Positions 62,692 through 64,000 of a stretch of 64,000 bases of DNA are shown piece by piece. How positions within the stretch are numbered: position 1 is the first letter of the stretch; the number at the start of each line of letters is the position of its first letter. The notes under the pieces are model-generated. The model worked only from the letters and a program-made list of their open reading frames with translations. It ran no database searches and was not told where the DNA came from. The DNA comes from the human T2T-CHM13v2.0 reference genome, Homo sapiens, in the NCBI RefSeq assembly GCF_009914755.1, contig NC_060946.1; one strand, given 5' to 3'. The position numbers and the translations under genes are program-made.

Positions 62692-63062
62692 TGACCCAGT
62701 TCCCCCTTCTAACCAAAGACTCGACCCAATTCTCAAGCCTTCTCCCCCACAGTTCTGACCCAATTCTCTCATCATTTCCACAAAGACGTGACCCAATTTG
62801 CCTCCATCCTTCCCCCAGCACATGCGATAACATTCCCCCTACAGCTCCCACACTACGGATATGACCTCATTTCCACCCCCATGCCAGTCACTCACACCTG
62901 TTCCCCCTCCATTTCCCCACGATGGCCAGGAGCCACCATGGTTACCTTCTCTTCTTGCACCTAGGACACCACCCCCTTCTCTAAAAACACCAAGGACACA
63001 GCTTCCCTTCGGCAGCAGCCTCTTCTTTCCCTGGGTACATTCACAGGGATTTGACCTAATTT
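62692..63062 (-). repeat. Degenerate C-rich tandem array with recurring TGACCYARTT (RORE-like on minus strand)
   Basis: Heads at 62692, 62722, 62756, 62789, (62825), 62862 and 63052. Confidence 0.7.
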
Positions 63063-63339
63063 TCCCACTTCTCAAACCCTACTTGGCTCATCCATCTCAT
63101 CGCACACCGTCTTCCCAAGGACACGTGGTTTGTGTCATTGCTGGAATGTCAAGCCCTCTGACACAGCCAATGCTCCCAATCAATGCTCGCAGCACAGCAC
63201 TGAGTAGGTAGTTACTGCAGCCCCTGGCATGGCCAGAGGAAACGTCACAGCTGGCTGTGCCTTAACTGATACTCAGTTATTAGTTTATTCTTTAAAGAAA
63301 TCATTTTGTTGGCAGCTTATCTGCCAGCATTTTGGATTT

Positions 63340-63457
63340 TCTCCCTTCCTTCCTTCCTTCCTTCCTTCCTTCCTTCCTTCCTTCCTTCCTTCCTTCCTTC
63401 CTTCCTTTCTTTCTTTCTTTCTTTCTTTCTTTCCTTCTTTCTTTCTTTCTTTTCTTT
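63340..63457. repeat. (CCTT)n(TCTT)n compound microsatellite
   Basis: Direct reading. Confidence 0.95.
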
Positions 63458-64000
63458 AAAAAAGGACATGTGATGAGTTCCGGTGAAGTGTGGTAGGGCT
63501 GTCAGTCAGGGGTTAAAGTCCTTTATAAGAAAACATGGGCAGGAGCAAATGTACCGGCCACTGAATGCTGCCCTTTCTATGTCAGTAGGGCTCCTGGAGA
63601 GGTTATAGGAGATGGCTCTCTGAGGGCTCTTCATTCATGGCTGCTACCTAATTAAAAAATAAATACGTTTCAATGATCACAAATGATTTTTATTTATCCA
63701 CTAGGAACCAGATTACAATCAGTTATGCATATGAAATCTACTAAACAGTTTTCAGGTGAAAGGGTATTAAGTTCTATCAACGTTGGGGACTGATTTGGGT
63801 GAATAGACTTGGAGGCGATTGGTTGAGGGAAGACTGGAGAGAGCTTTTGTAGCCTTGCTCTCGTTTTTGTAACTGTTCCTCCCTAGGTCACTGCCCACTT
63901 ACGTGTGATGGAGAAAGAGCCCACTCCAGCTCTCCCTGTTCTCTTAACTTGGCTGAGTTTTGGTGACACTCACGGTGGAACTTGGTTAGAAATAGTTGTT

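Noticed and set aside
62692-62872. CRISPR-like repeat-spacer periodicity
   Set aside because: Repeats are only about 10 bp, non-palindromic and degenerate, the spacers are mutually related and C-rich, the context is primate DNA and there are no cas genes; treated as a degenerate minisatellite/RORE cluster.

Overview
Primate (human-like) genomic DNA, apparently intronic or intergenic. I recognise no protein-coding gene, RNA gene, CRISPR array or bona fide CpG island, and I cannot name the locus. The ORFs in the track are chance, Alu-derived, L1-derived or low-complexity frames. The window is a typical transposon mosaic: about 31 Alus (many with readable target-site duplications, TSDs), many MIR and L2 relics, L1M fragments, solo LTRs (THE1B, MLT2, MLT1-type), hAT DNA transposons (MER5A, MER91A, MER102/Charlie4z-like) and several microsatellites. 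Between them lie repeat-free, motif-rich islands that look like enhancers. The most unusual structure is a degenerate ~30-37 bp-period array at 62.69-63.06 kb. Its only well-conserved part is a same-orientation ROR/REV-ERB response-element motif (AAYTRGGTCA on the minus strand), and a CACGTG E-box lies next to it. Repeat subfamily calls come from recalled consensus sequences, and boundaries of old elements are approximate.
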